Source: Takakia lepidozioides (Eukaryota; Plantae; Bryophyta). Taken from it: DNA of 64,000 nt. Positions within the stretch are counted from its first letter, which is position 1. Every line of letters starts with the position of its first letter. Below are positions 11,346-22,657 of the stretch, piece by piece. The notes beneath the pieces are model-generated. The model was not told where the DNA came from and searched no databases. It saw nothing but the letters and a program-made list of their open reading frames with translations. The stretch spans positions 61,070,001-61,134,000 of the forward strand of contig CM060731.1 of assembly GCA_030704615.1 (NCBI GenBank), given 5' to 3'. Both the position numbers and the translations under genes were made by a program.

Positions 11346-12815
11346 TATGAATTACTCGTTCATAAAATGTGACCATTGTCGTCGTGATTGCGCTATCCCA
11401 AGGGAAAAGAATGCATGACAAAGAAGTAGGCCACAGGTAGCGATGAGTGATGGAGGTATGACATGGCAGCACGATGATGCATGGGTAAGAGAATCCTTGG
11501 AGACCTGAACTACTTGACCTGATGATCACTCAACGTGATGCCCTAGCTAACATCACAATGCACAATCACTCAAAATCCAAAATGAACCAGATAATCAAGT
11601 TGACAGGCCAAACATCTGCAGTCGAAGAAGACAATTCATTCTTATAAAGAGCTTGCCGCCTCGATTTTGGTGAGACTCGTCCATGGCACGACAGGATTCC
11701 GACACATGATAATAAAAGAAAGAGCAATGCATGTAATGTACACGCATAGAAGCTCGGACAGCTTCCGAGGCTGCAGGAACTGCTCTCTCTATCCCTGCCA
11801 AGTAAATCCTTTTACACTACATATGCGAAGCTCGCTGCCGCGCATGTAGCGCTGCCATCGCTGCAGCTTCAGACACGTGCTTCTTTCAGCTGTCCACCCA
11901 GCCTAGCGCTGCCTTTTCCTGGCGTGCTTTGTATGGACGATTGTAGAGCGTGCGCAATTTCAGATAGCTTGGATTTCTCAGCGCTCAAGGTCTTGACTTG
12001 CATGCTTTCATGCATTCAATACACTGTGTAATCTCTTCTTTCCCTGTTAACATCCTCAATCTTCAGATGAAGCAGAGCGAAAGGCTAATGCATGTCCTTT
12101 GATCATCATCTCCATCTTTGCTTGCTTGTGTACGGGGTTTGTTTGTTTCCAAAGAGCCGATTGAGGGGAAATACTTGAATGGGTTTAGTATGCGCACATA
12201 CAAGACTGAAGGCCAGGTCATAAGCAAGGTCATCAGCAGTGAAGTTGTTAGAGTAATTCAACACCAATCTCATATATCTAAAACTTACCTGTATAACAAA
12301 TCTGTATGGTCATTGCTCCAACATTGCTCGTTAATCTATCAAGCGATTTTCTAAGTAAAAAATCAGGCGCTGACCAGTCAGGCTGTGTCAACCACTTTAC
12401 AGTCGGAGGAACGGGGTCACTGACATCTTCGTTGAAGAGACTTGCCAGGGAAAATTATGCTGAAAGCCTTCTGAAGACCACTTGCATCTAGTCTACCTTT
12501 CTGCAATGGGAGTCAATAATATACTACAATTACAAAACTGGTCTAAACTGTTGTACACATGGTCTGATGCTCTTATCCAGCTGGTATGTGATTGGAGAGA
12601 AGGGTGCAAAAAGCATGAGACACCTCTAGAAGCCATTAATCTGGCTCCGCAATTAATGAGATTTCTATCTCCATCTCCCTTGCTAAACTTGCATAGGAGA
12701 CTATGATAGCGCCCTGCTGCACACTTGAGAGACCGCACGCAGACCTTAGCATTCCGCAAACCTCGCAAGAAGCACCCACGAGCTCTTGTGCTGCCTCCTT
12801 TTTTTAGAAGAGGGA

Positions 12816-15800
12816 TTATGTTGAATGTGCATTCACCATCTCCCGATAGACCATATCAATGAAATGATCATTCTGCACACACATTTCCAGCTGTCAACTA
12901 CATCCTCAACTGTAACTCTATACCACAGCTACCTAAAACAGCACTGCTTTCCACCTCCAAACCGTTAGCCTCCTACACCTCCACAGCCTGTAGCCTCCCC
13001 ACCCTTCCGAAGAATTGTGTGGGATGTATTTCCACCTTAAGGGCTATCCGTGTGCCTGGTGGTGGGGAACTTTTATCAGTGGGCATATGTTGTAGACACC
13101 CAGTTGCATTTTCTCCATCACCCCCCACCTGACTCCATTTACAGTGAAGCTCAATGTTGCAGGCGGAACATCAATGTGTGAGACAAAAACCCTTTCTCAG
13201 ATTGATACCCGACCTGGAGCGGTAATATCCCAAGGGGAACTAGTCGCGGGGGTTCAGTATCTCGCAAATAGCAGCACATGAAGTAGTTTGTTTTAGGGGA
13301 ACCTATCTATAACATCTACAAGCCGGAGCTGTCACAGGTTCTCCCTTGTTGTACACATGGTGAATGGGCTTAATAAGATAGCCAAGGCCACTGTTTTACA
13401 ATATGTGTCTCTTCTACATGTGCCTGTAGATTATATAACAAGCCATTCTTGCAACAACGCACTCACCAGAGATACTCGCATCAAACACCTGTTAAAAGCC
13501 TGCCACAAACTTTACTGCTAGTTATTTTATGGATCTCCAATCACCTATTGCACCCAGAAAGTTTACAACGGTTCATTTTAAGCTTGCAAATGGGGGAGAT
13601 TACCTTTAATAAGCGGAAGAGAGCATCCCGAACGCCATCCCTTGTAATAGACCCACTGTGGGACATCGAAGAAGATGGAGCCAGTGAAGGGGGGGGATTG
13701 GGAGGTGGGAATGGTTGAAGGAAGGGAGCACCATGTGATGGTTGCAATGGAGCTGTTGAAGTGGGCAATGATGTGGTGGCAGGGGCTGAAGAGAGAGGGG
13801 GAGGAACAAAAAAGGAGGGCTTTATGAGAGTTGTGCGCGCTGTGCTGCCGACGTCAGGAGTATCATGAGATAGAGGAAGTGCCAATGGAGTGAGTGGCAG
13901 TGGTGTTGAGGTGCGAGAGATGATTGAGGGGACTGGCATAGGGGACAGGGTTGGGGAAGGAACTAAGGCTGGATGAGTTGCTAGGCCATGGGTGCTTGCT
14001 GAGGCTCGCGGGGGTGTTGACGGTGATGATTCAGGGGTGCTTATATGCGCTACACTCTGCTTCCACATACAGAAAGATAATGGCATTACTCACGACAACC
14101 CAAAAAGGAGATACAAGCCAGACAGACCACCACAATAGGTCTAAAGATATGCAAGAGCTGGCTAGTGGAGTGAGAGTGAGGGAGAGAAGGAGAATGGGAG
14201 AGGATTGGGGAGTCTGCACATGCCTGGTTCTTGACACACACACACAGATTTGAAAGAGAAAAACTTTATGATGTCCTCACCCCTGAGGGCCCACGGCAGA
14301 AAGAGCCTTACACTGAAGAAGCGCTCCAGAGGCTCATCGGGTAGCTCAGGCGTCGCTACAGGCTCTAGTGGACCCTCTACAATGGCTGCTGTTGGCACCG
14401 CCTCCAGTTCCTGGAATTCCGTGCTGCATCCATACATGCACATCTCTGAAATGTACAAAGGTCATCTTGCTAACACATTGCATGCAAGATGATATGCATT
14501 ATGCTTTCAGATACCCCTTGGATGGGGATCTTAGAGGGACACACTGATTTCTTCTATCATGTTGACTCATTTTAGCCTTCCATTTTAAGGGATACCTCAG
14601 CTGCTGACTGCTAAGATGCTCAGGGACATTTGAAGATTAACTTGCTTTGTTCCTCACCCTGCTGGATAGGAATGGACTTTGGATGAACCATTGGACCAAA
14701 ATGTTCTCCGCAAGTCCACATGTCAGATTCAGCAGGTTTTCACAGACGTGCTAACACTTCCCTAAATGAGGAACACAGGACCGGATACAGAGACAGAGTT
14801 CCAACAGACCTTGGGGCAAACAACTTCGGCTTCAGAGGAATCTTGGAGAAGGCATTCAAAATCCTGCAACAGCACAGTTAGCAGCTGAAGATCAGTACAG
14901 AACATTGCACAGCCAACAAGTTAACCACCACAGAACCTCAATGGCCACGATTGTACTGTCAGAATAAGGAACCAGCTAGACCATCCTGAGTAAAATTCTT
15001 ACAGGCCCAAGTCCCTTTTCATTTTCTGCTCCAACTGGCTATTGGTCACCAAGCTTGATGCAGTTGTGATGGTAATAAATACTGTTGTGGTCTCCAGTTT
15101 TGCAGAGGAAAGAGAAGAACAAACCTCGAGAAAAGCTTGGCCACATCTTCACATTCACGGGGGTTGTAGAACCAGATGCCATTAACTTCTTGCGCGGCAT
15201 TCCGATAGAGCAAATATGGCACTTGCACTTCATACTCAAAATCATCTAGTAAATCCTCCACCAGATTATCTGGTCCCCACCCCAATAACTCCCTGTATCA
15301 CAACCTTTTGTTTGACTTCATTCAGGTAAAAAGCAGCATGGCAGCCAACCCCAACCGCACGTAAAGAAACTACCCTTGCACTACACAGAATACAAAGCTT
15401 GCATACAAAATCCTTCCTTCCTGTTAGACACTATTCCCTTCCTTGTCATTTGTATCACAATACCTTTGCATGCTGCTTCACGCGTGTTTTAGCCTGTGCG
15501 AAAAAAGAGGACAAACTTGAACTCACTGAACAATTCCAGCATAACTCTCACAGGTGGTTGGATGTGGAGTACAGTCCTGTCAGACATGTCTTTCCTGGTT
15601 CAATTTTAAGACCTTCATGAATAGCCTAAAGTAAAAACAAGACTTTCCAAACCACGTACCTGTGCTACGTCGATTCATCACAACAAACTGGAAGCGAGGC
15701 TGTGTCCGCCTGCAAGAAGGCAGTCCACCTTGCCAATTACACTTCCAGACATCTACCACTGCACCCCGTGAGATACCATGCCACCAAGGATGATTGTGAA

Positions 15801-18364
15801 TAGAGACAGCTCAAAGAGATGATCTCTTACCGTTTCACGACGAAAAGTGATCCCTCCACATCCTTGCGACTCTGCAATCACAATTTGAGCCTGCTTTGTC
15901 AGCCATCAGTTGAGTATTCAGTCTTCCTCCTCTAATTTGCCGTTAGTCCACAGCAACTTCACTGTACAAGAAGGAGACATGCCCTTCCTCTGTCTCTCTA
16001 TTTACAACTGGCAAGGGCAAAGCGCTGAGTCTCACTAAATTTTTTCACTGCAGAGGGATTAACTCTGAGGTCAAGAAAACCTTGCTTTGCCGCGTTATTA
16101 GACCCACCTTGGAGTGCGGATCTGCTATATGGGTTGATAACTCCAACCAGGCTAAGTCTCTAGAATCCATTCAAGTGGGGGTGCTTAAGGAGCGCATGTC
16201 AGCATGCTCCAAAACAGCCAATGTGGCTGTTCGGGGTGAGTTTGGCATCCCTTCCTTAAGCTCCCGACGAGATGAATTCAAGGTCAGATGGTGGGGTCAG
16301 TTGCAACACATGTCCAACACCAGATACCCTAAGTTAATCGACTCTATATCTTGGAAACAGGACCGCCCTGTCAAACAGGCTAAGTCCTGGCAGAAGAGAG
16401 TAGAAGAGATTCTCAGGGATCTGAATCTGGACCCGCAAGTCTTGACCTTGCTGGATAAATCTGACTTAGAGACTGTAGTGTCCAAAGCCATGTCTGTTAC
16501 CAGCAAATTGTCTGATGCAAATGAAGTTAGGCAGAAAACTTCCCTGAACCTGTTTCCAGTCTGTGACATGGGGGAGGATATCATGGATGACCTCAAGGGT
16601 CTACCCACTCTCGGCACCAGACTGAAATTTAAACTCAGGGCAGGAAGCCTACCTTTGAACAGTAAACAGAAGCAGAGAGGAAAGGGAGAGTGCAATTGCC
16701 GGTTGTGTGGGCAACCCGAAGACCATATTCATTTTCTGATTCACTGTCCGGGGTGCTCTCACCAGAGAGAAGCTCTCCTCCAATCTATCAAGAGAATTGT
16801 GCCTGTACCTCTTTACCAACTTTGAAAGTCTCGAGGCTGAGCCAAAAGCCCAGGCCCTTCTGAGGCCTAGTTTTTGGGCAAATCACACACAGCAGATTGA
16901 TACTTGTGTGAAGGGATTTCTAGAGGATATCTGGAAAACCCGAATTAATTCTATTTATAAAGGTAAGTCTTACTACCAATGTCAGCCCCTGACAGAGGTA
17001 GGTTCTGTCCCTTTGGTTTCTGCTCAAACTGGGGCGCGAGGTCAATGGCCACAAGGCTACGACAAACAACGTCTTATGAGTACATTCTATTTACAACTGG
17101 AGCACAGACCCCCCAGTTTCCAGGTAAGTTGCTGTCCATAGTTCCTTTCCCATCCTTTCAAAGAAACACAAGCATGCATATGCAACAGAAAATAAAGTAG
17201 GAATAAGACGTTGTTTGCCGTAGCCTTGTGGCCATGGACCCCGCACCCAGTTTGAGCGGAACACAAAGGGACAGAAACTGCCTTTGTCAGGGGCTGACGC
17301 AGGTAGTACGACTTACCTTGGACTACGACTTACACACAATGGATCGAAGTTTTCCAGATATCCTCTAGAAATCCCTTCACACAAGCATCAATCTGCTGAT
17401 TTGCCCAATAACTAGACCCCAAAAGGGCCTGGGCTTTTGGCTCATGCACACATATGCAACAGAGAAAGATTAAATAGTAAAAATTTCCACTAACGAGTAC
17501 TGAATTGTTGTGTTGTACTTGTCATCATGGACCAGCCTTTATGACAAAATTTCGATTTGCCACGGACATAGTGACGAGAAAGGAAGACAGAGAGAGTGCC
17601 CAATCTTGTAAAACAGGCCTGACAGTAGAACCCCAAATACAACAACTAATTAGGTCAAATTGTTGCAGGCACCTTCCTCTCTCTCTCTCTCTCTCCATTC
17701 CTTGTTCACTGACAGACTGGGAGAGCAGGCCCTTGCACATAGTGCAAAGGCTGATTGCTCATTCCCTGCTATGCTGGTTCACCACAGTCTGGCTTCCAGC
17801 GGACCATCTATGCGCATCCCCTCCAAAACCCTTGCAAGGACGTTCAGAAAAAACTAGTAGGCTTCGACGCGCCATACAGCACACTCGTGGCCATACCACC
17901 CGACCGTCCTCCCAATCTGTTGCCTCCATACCCTACCCCTTCCGCTGCATCTCCCTAATATAACCAGTTCCCATACTGAATCGGCAACCACGATCCCCTG
18001 TTGCAAATCGCAAACTTGCCGTCTCACCATGAGACCGAAGGTTTCCTCCCCCAATTTTGACTCCTTTAATCACTACAAATTACAACATGCATGCGCTTCA
18101 TCCCTCACCCATGTGGGTAAATAGTAGATACATGCGCCTCCACCGCAAGCACCCACTCTACAAACCTAATCCTCCAGCCCCTCTCAAAAAGCACGGCACA
18201 CATACCCATTGACTGGCATCAACACTGAACTGGTAGAAGGTGACATGCGCAGCTGTGGAAAGGATATCTTCCACATGCCGATCCATTCTCTGCAACACAG
18301 TCAGGTTGAGCTCCTTGGTACTATTCTGATCAAGCTGCGGCATGGGCTTCCCATTCTGGGCCAT
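12816..18364 (-). CDS. DCP1: mRNA decapping activator DCP1 (EVH1 domain, Pro-rich linker, C-terminal trimerization region), 356 aa
   Basis: Exons 18364-18206, 15871-15831, 15709-15660, 15269-15125, 14863-14810, 14423-14312, 14056-13604, 12872-12816; total 1071 nt, all GT-AG. Peptide MAQNGKPMPQLDQNSTKELNLTVLQRMD...|SRKDVEGSLFVVKR|RTQPRFQFVVMNRRST|DNLVEDLL...NGIWFYNPRECE...EFQELEAVPT...ITRDGVRDALFRLLK|NDHFIDMVYREMVNAHST*. Confidence 0.95.
16012..17085 (+). mobile_element. 5'-truncated non-LTR retrotransposon (RT C-terminus plus CCHC finger; RTEX/L2-like) in DCP1 intron 1
   Basis: ORF 16082-16825 reads IRPTLECGSAIW...AVRGEFGIPSLSSRR...CRLCGQPEDHIHFLIHCP. Perfect 15-bp TSD tctatttacaactgg at 15997-16011 and 17086-17100. 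The 3' end reads ...caaacaacgtcttatgagtacat(tct) with no poly(A). Confidence 0.85.
17204..17444 (-). mobile_element. Second, inverted 3'-end copy of the same LINE family
   Basis: Reverse complement of 16838-17076 (gagccaaaagcccaggccc...ggctacg(a/g)caaacaacgtctta). Flanked by similar catatgcaacaga direct repeats. Confidence 0.85.
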
Positions 18365-18986
18365 ACTCTCTCCACCGATGCCTCTCTCCCGCCCTTCTCT
18401 CATCAACTCCAGATCGCACACGCTTCCTCCTTTCAATCTCTGCACACCATCACCCGCATCACCCCCTCCAATTTCCCGCTCCAGATCAGCCTGCATCACA
18501 GCCATTCCCCGAAGGAGTCAACATCTCGGCCCCGGCCGCGGCTCCTTCTCGGAACCCGGCCCTTGCCTGCTCACTCAGACCCCCGTATCTCACTTCCATT
18601 CTTTTTTAATTTGGAAGATTGCTCTCGTGCCACATGTTCCACTGGATTTGCTTAGTCTTTTTGCTTAAAGTTAAGAATCATTGGTCGAAATTTAAGCTCC
18701 ACAGCCCGAGGATCTTGAGTTCGACCCCTTGGGTTCTTCCCTCTACCGACAATTCTCACCTCCGGGAACCAGTTGAGAACTGGAATCTTAATAAGTGGGC
18801 TGGATGTCAGAGAAGTCTGGGAGGAGAAGTCTGGGAGAAGACCGGATCTACCAAACTTATGCTTCTCTAGGGAAGATCTGTGACCGTATCATGCCTGTGG
18901 GAGTTCATAGGTTGATCTGGGACCTGGAGTGCAAGTTGGCATCAACGATTTGTAACGACTGAAAATGGTTGATGACGGCTCCATAC

Positions 18987-19144
18987 GGGCGCCCTCGGAT
19001 GGAAATTAGGCGGTGTTTTTCCATCCGGGGCATGATCTCTGGCAGCCACGTGTTGGACTCTCCCCCCGAGACGACTTCATCCGAGCGCCCTCGGATGGAA
19101 ATTCGGCGCCGTTTTTCCATCCGGGGCATGATCTCTGGCAGCCA
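18987..19144. repeat. Two tandem ~62-bp copies (96-bp period), each a stem-loop
   Basis: gcgccctcggatggaaa-tt(a/c)ggcg..gt-ttttccatccggggcatgatctctggcagcca at 18987-19048 and 19083-19144. Confidence 0.85.
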
Positions 19145-19524
19145 GGTGGGGCTATCACCCTCTAATTGGACTTCATGTCGAAGTAAATGTTGCGCCTCAT
19201 TCCCGGGTACGGGCATATTAAATGTTGCGCTTTTTCTTTGCCACTTGCCCCACCTTCGCTCGTGACCCACGCGTTTCAAACCGAGACAGCAACAGCACTT
19301 CCTCGCTCCGAGCTCCTCTCACTTCATCTCCTCCCACACTCCCACTTCCCTGCGCACCCTCTCTGCTTCGTGGCAACCCTTTCAATAGTCGGCGATGGCG
19401 TGCCGAGATCCCAGCAACTGCCCAAACAAGCATCTCGCCCCGTGGGACTTCTCGCCCAAGTCAGGGGATATTTTCATATTCCTACAGGATTGGATAGACC
19501 ACTCTCAGCAGAGGAGGGTCCACT

Positions 19525-19930
19525 TGTCCAGGGTGAGACGTTTACGCTCCCTGGGCATTCTCAACGGAGGATGCACTTCTAGATACCCACCTTGTAAGAT
19601 TTCGAACCGGGAGACCATGGAAATCAGGTCTGGTCGTGCCTTGGTCCTCCAGCACATCTGCAAAGGAAGATGCGAGCTGGTCTTCGACAACATCACTGTG
19701 TTTTTTATGATTTACTGTGTGATGGAAGTATCGAAAGCATGGATGCAAATATGTAGGTGCTCTTCGCAGATATCCTAAGAGCAAGTTTAGACTTTAGACT
19801 TGGGCCCACTGCTCTAGCAAGCCTCCATGACTCTTTTGAAAAAGGGGGCAAGCCCCTGAACTTTCTCGAAGAGTGGAACAAAATGAAAACCTTCAAGGCC
19901 ACATGGCTCCATACTACAGACAGTGCGAGG
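19525..19930. repeat. ~400-bp sequence duplicated in direct orientation at ~32858-33240; probably a degenerate LINE remnant
   Basis: Shared gtccagggtgagacgtttacgctccct...aaatcaggtctggtcgtgcc...gatggaagtatcgaaagcatggatgca...gggcccactgctctagcaagcc. The second copy abuts an L1 C-terminal fragment. Confidence 0.7.
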
Positions 19931-20371
19931 GGCAGAGAGCCACCTCACTCCATCCAAAAAGGGAGGAGCTGAGACACAAAGGCGAAGGAAGGCAAGGGCC
20001 CAGAAGATAGAGACACAAATAGATCTGTGCTAAAAATGTATTAGATAATGTCAATGTGGAGGAGCATTATCGAGAATAATCCCAACGAGGATTATTTGAG
20101 ATTGCTTCGACGGATGGACATTATCTTACTTAATATGTCGGTATGGCTATTTGTCATCCAATGTTTCATCCAAAATGAGTTTTCATCCAACGTATATGGA
20201 GACAATTATCGCTAATAATTTCATACCTGATTCAGGGGAAAAAAAACAGCCATACAACTATTAAGAAGTCAGGAATGCAAGGATCCCCCAAGACCCTTCC
20301 ACTTGATCTCCCGTTCGAAATCTAGGTAGGGAGGAGTTAGCAATGAAGCATGGTGCGTCGGTGCTACATCT

Positions 20372-21504
20372 AGGGAATTCCAAAAAGGCCTTGATGTGAA
20401 ATGCATCGCAATTCACTTGATCACCCCCTAAAAGTGCGCTACTCAATTGAATTGCCCTTGCAATTCAATTGAACTGCTAAAACTAGCTTGAAAACAACCC
20501 TAATTTACAATTCAATTGAATTGTCAACTCACAATTCAATTGAATTGTAATCTATAATTTTTATTTTATTTCTGTATACAATGTATATATATGTATATAT
20601 TCAAATTATACATATGTGCATACAAAAATATAAGCGGAAAATACATGTTGCTCGTCTATTCTTGTTGCCCGTCTGTCTATCCTTTGCCCGTGGTAAGGCC
20701 TGAGCACGAGATAAGCCTAAGGGAGAGCCAAAGAGGGAGAGAGAGAGAGGAAGTCACAAAGCGCTTTGCCCTGAAAGCGGGATTGTCCCTCTTTGTGGAT
20801 GTTGGTGCCAATATATGGCTATGTACATATACCAAACATGATACCAATGTAAAGAGTATCAACGTATAAGAGTTTGATATATTAAATGTATGGAACACAC
20901 ATCCCAACTTCAACATAATACCTTTGTAAGGGTATTGAAACAATATTATTTTTGATAATTCTCAGGATGAACAGGGGTTGTGTCATGGGGGCCAGATACT
21001 AGTGCCAGGGGACTACATGATGATGCAAGGGAAGCCTTTCATCAATTGTCAGGTTTGATTTTGTCTGTTTCTTTCAGAGCCGGCAATGTTTCTTTTGCTA
21101 GTGAATCACATGAAGCTGCTGATTTCTCTCCCTCTCTAGCTCCCTCTCTCGCTGAGGCTGGCTTCACGACTCCACGATTTTCTCAGGGGCACAAGATAGA
21201 GGGACAGCAAGAATAGACGGGCAACATGTATTTTTAGCTTATACTCTTTTATGTGTATAAGTATCACTTGATATATATATATATATACATTATATATACT
21301 ATATACAGAAATAAGAATTATAGATTACAATTCAATTGCATGCGAGTTGACAATTCAATTGAATTGAAAAGTACGGTTGTTTTCAAGCTAGTTTTCGCAG
21401 TTCAATTGACTTGCACGGGCAATTCAATTGAATTGCACACTTTTAGGGGGTTGATCGACTGAATTGCAATGCATTTCACATCAAGGCCTTTTTGGAATTC
21501 CCCT
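20372..21504. mobile_element. Non-autonomous foldback/MULE-like element with ~400-bp terminal inverted repeats
   Basis: agggaattccaaaaaggccttgatgtgaaatgcat... (20372) is the reverse complement of ...atgcatttcacatcaaggcctttttggaattcccct (21504). Similarity extends through atacatgttgc.cgtctattcttg and a GA tract. Internal caattcaattgaattg palindromes. Degenerate 8-bp TSD ctacatct/ctacgtcc. Confidence 0.85.
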
Positions 21505-22030
21505 CTACGTCCGTCTTCTTGAAATCCCTTTGCACTCAAGGCGCCATCCCAAAATGTTTGTGATTGCAAGCAGGTGTCCGATCATAAATTTCAAATTACC
21601 CTCGCGTCGCTTTCTCCAAGTACATCAGGACCCTTTGTCCTCCATTTGTCCCGGATCTCCACCTCGTCGAGATATGCCTCACGTCCCTTCGTAATTGGGA
21701 TGATATTTGTAACAACTGGCCCAAAGTGATGTCCACCTTGCCATTCATCACTTTCGTAGCAAGTTGTTTTGGTTCCGTTGTAGTTGTGGGGGTTTTCTGT
21801 CCAACTCGTCAACCCATCCATTCCGTACTCGTCTTTGGTACATCCGTCTCATCGTCTTCCATTACTGTGGTAAATGGTTCCAGTCTGGCCTGTTCTGACC
21901 GGACCAACTCCACCATCTCTTTTCGTAACTTCTCCTCCTCCTCCCAGTAGTACTTGACTCTTTGCCCCGTGGTTTGGAGGCCCATCTAAGCCCAAATTCA
22001 ATTTCATATTATCCATGGATAATATGTTGG
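21505..22030 (-). pseudogene. Degenerate retroelement coding remnant interrupted by the foldback element
   Basis: A minus frame with stops reads KVMNGKVDITLGQLLQISSQLRRDV (Gypsy gag-pol-like) and appears to continue across the insertion (KKTDV/APTHHASLL at ~20370). Confidence 0.4.
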
Positions 22031-22130
22031 CCAACTGCGTCTCCCATGTAGACGCCCAAGTGCGACCTCGAGTGTCCTCCCAACACTTAATTTTGTACTT
22101 TAGTTGAATTTCTAGAGACGAAAATTTGTG

Positions 22131-22657
22131 AAACCAAGTTGATGCACTCGAGCGTACTCATCGAGGGTTTTCCAATGGTTCCAAAATCGTGGCTAGAGGC
22201 CCCGCGGTTTGGGAGATCTCAGCGACGCTACAAAACTTATTGTGAACGCCAATATTCTAAAATGACCACATTTACATTTATATCCATGTGCACAAAAGAG
22301 AAATGAAGGGCCTATCATTAATGCAGGAAAACCCACTTTGCCATTTTTCACAAATTTCCAGCGACCAAAAGCACTTGAAATTCGTTTTAGGCATATCTAA
22401 TCATTTTTCTTTTATAAAACCAAGTTGATGCACTCGGGCCTACTCATCGAGGGCTTTCCGACGGTACCAAAATTGTGGCCAGAGGCCCCGCAGTTTGGGA
22501 GATCTCAACGACGCTACAGAACATATTGTGAACGTCATTATTCTAAAATGACCCAATTTACATTTATATCCACGTGCACAAAAGATAAATGAAGGGCCAA
22601 TCATTGTTGCAGGAAAGCCCACTTTGCCATTTTTCACGAATTTCGAGCAACCCAAAG
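22131..22657. repeat. Tandem repeat, 286-bp period; the second copy is cut by an LTR
   Basis: aaaccaagttgatgcactcg...gggagatctca.cgacgctaca...cccactttgccatttttcac starts at 22131 and at 22417. Confidence 0.85.

Noticed and set aside
18987-19144. CRISPR-like palindromic direct repeats
   Set aside because: Only two ~62-bp units, eukaryotic context and no cas genes.
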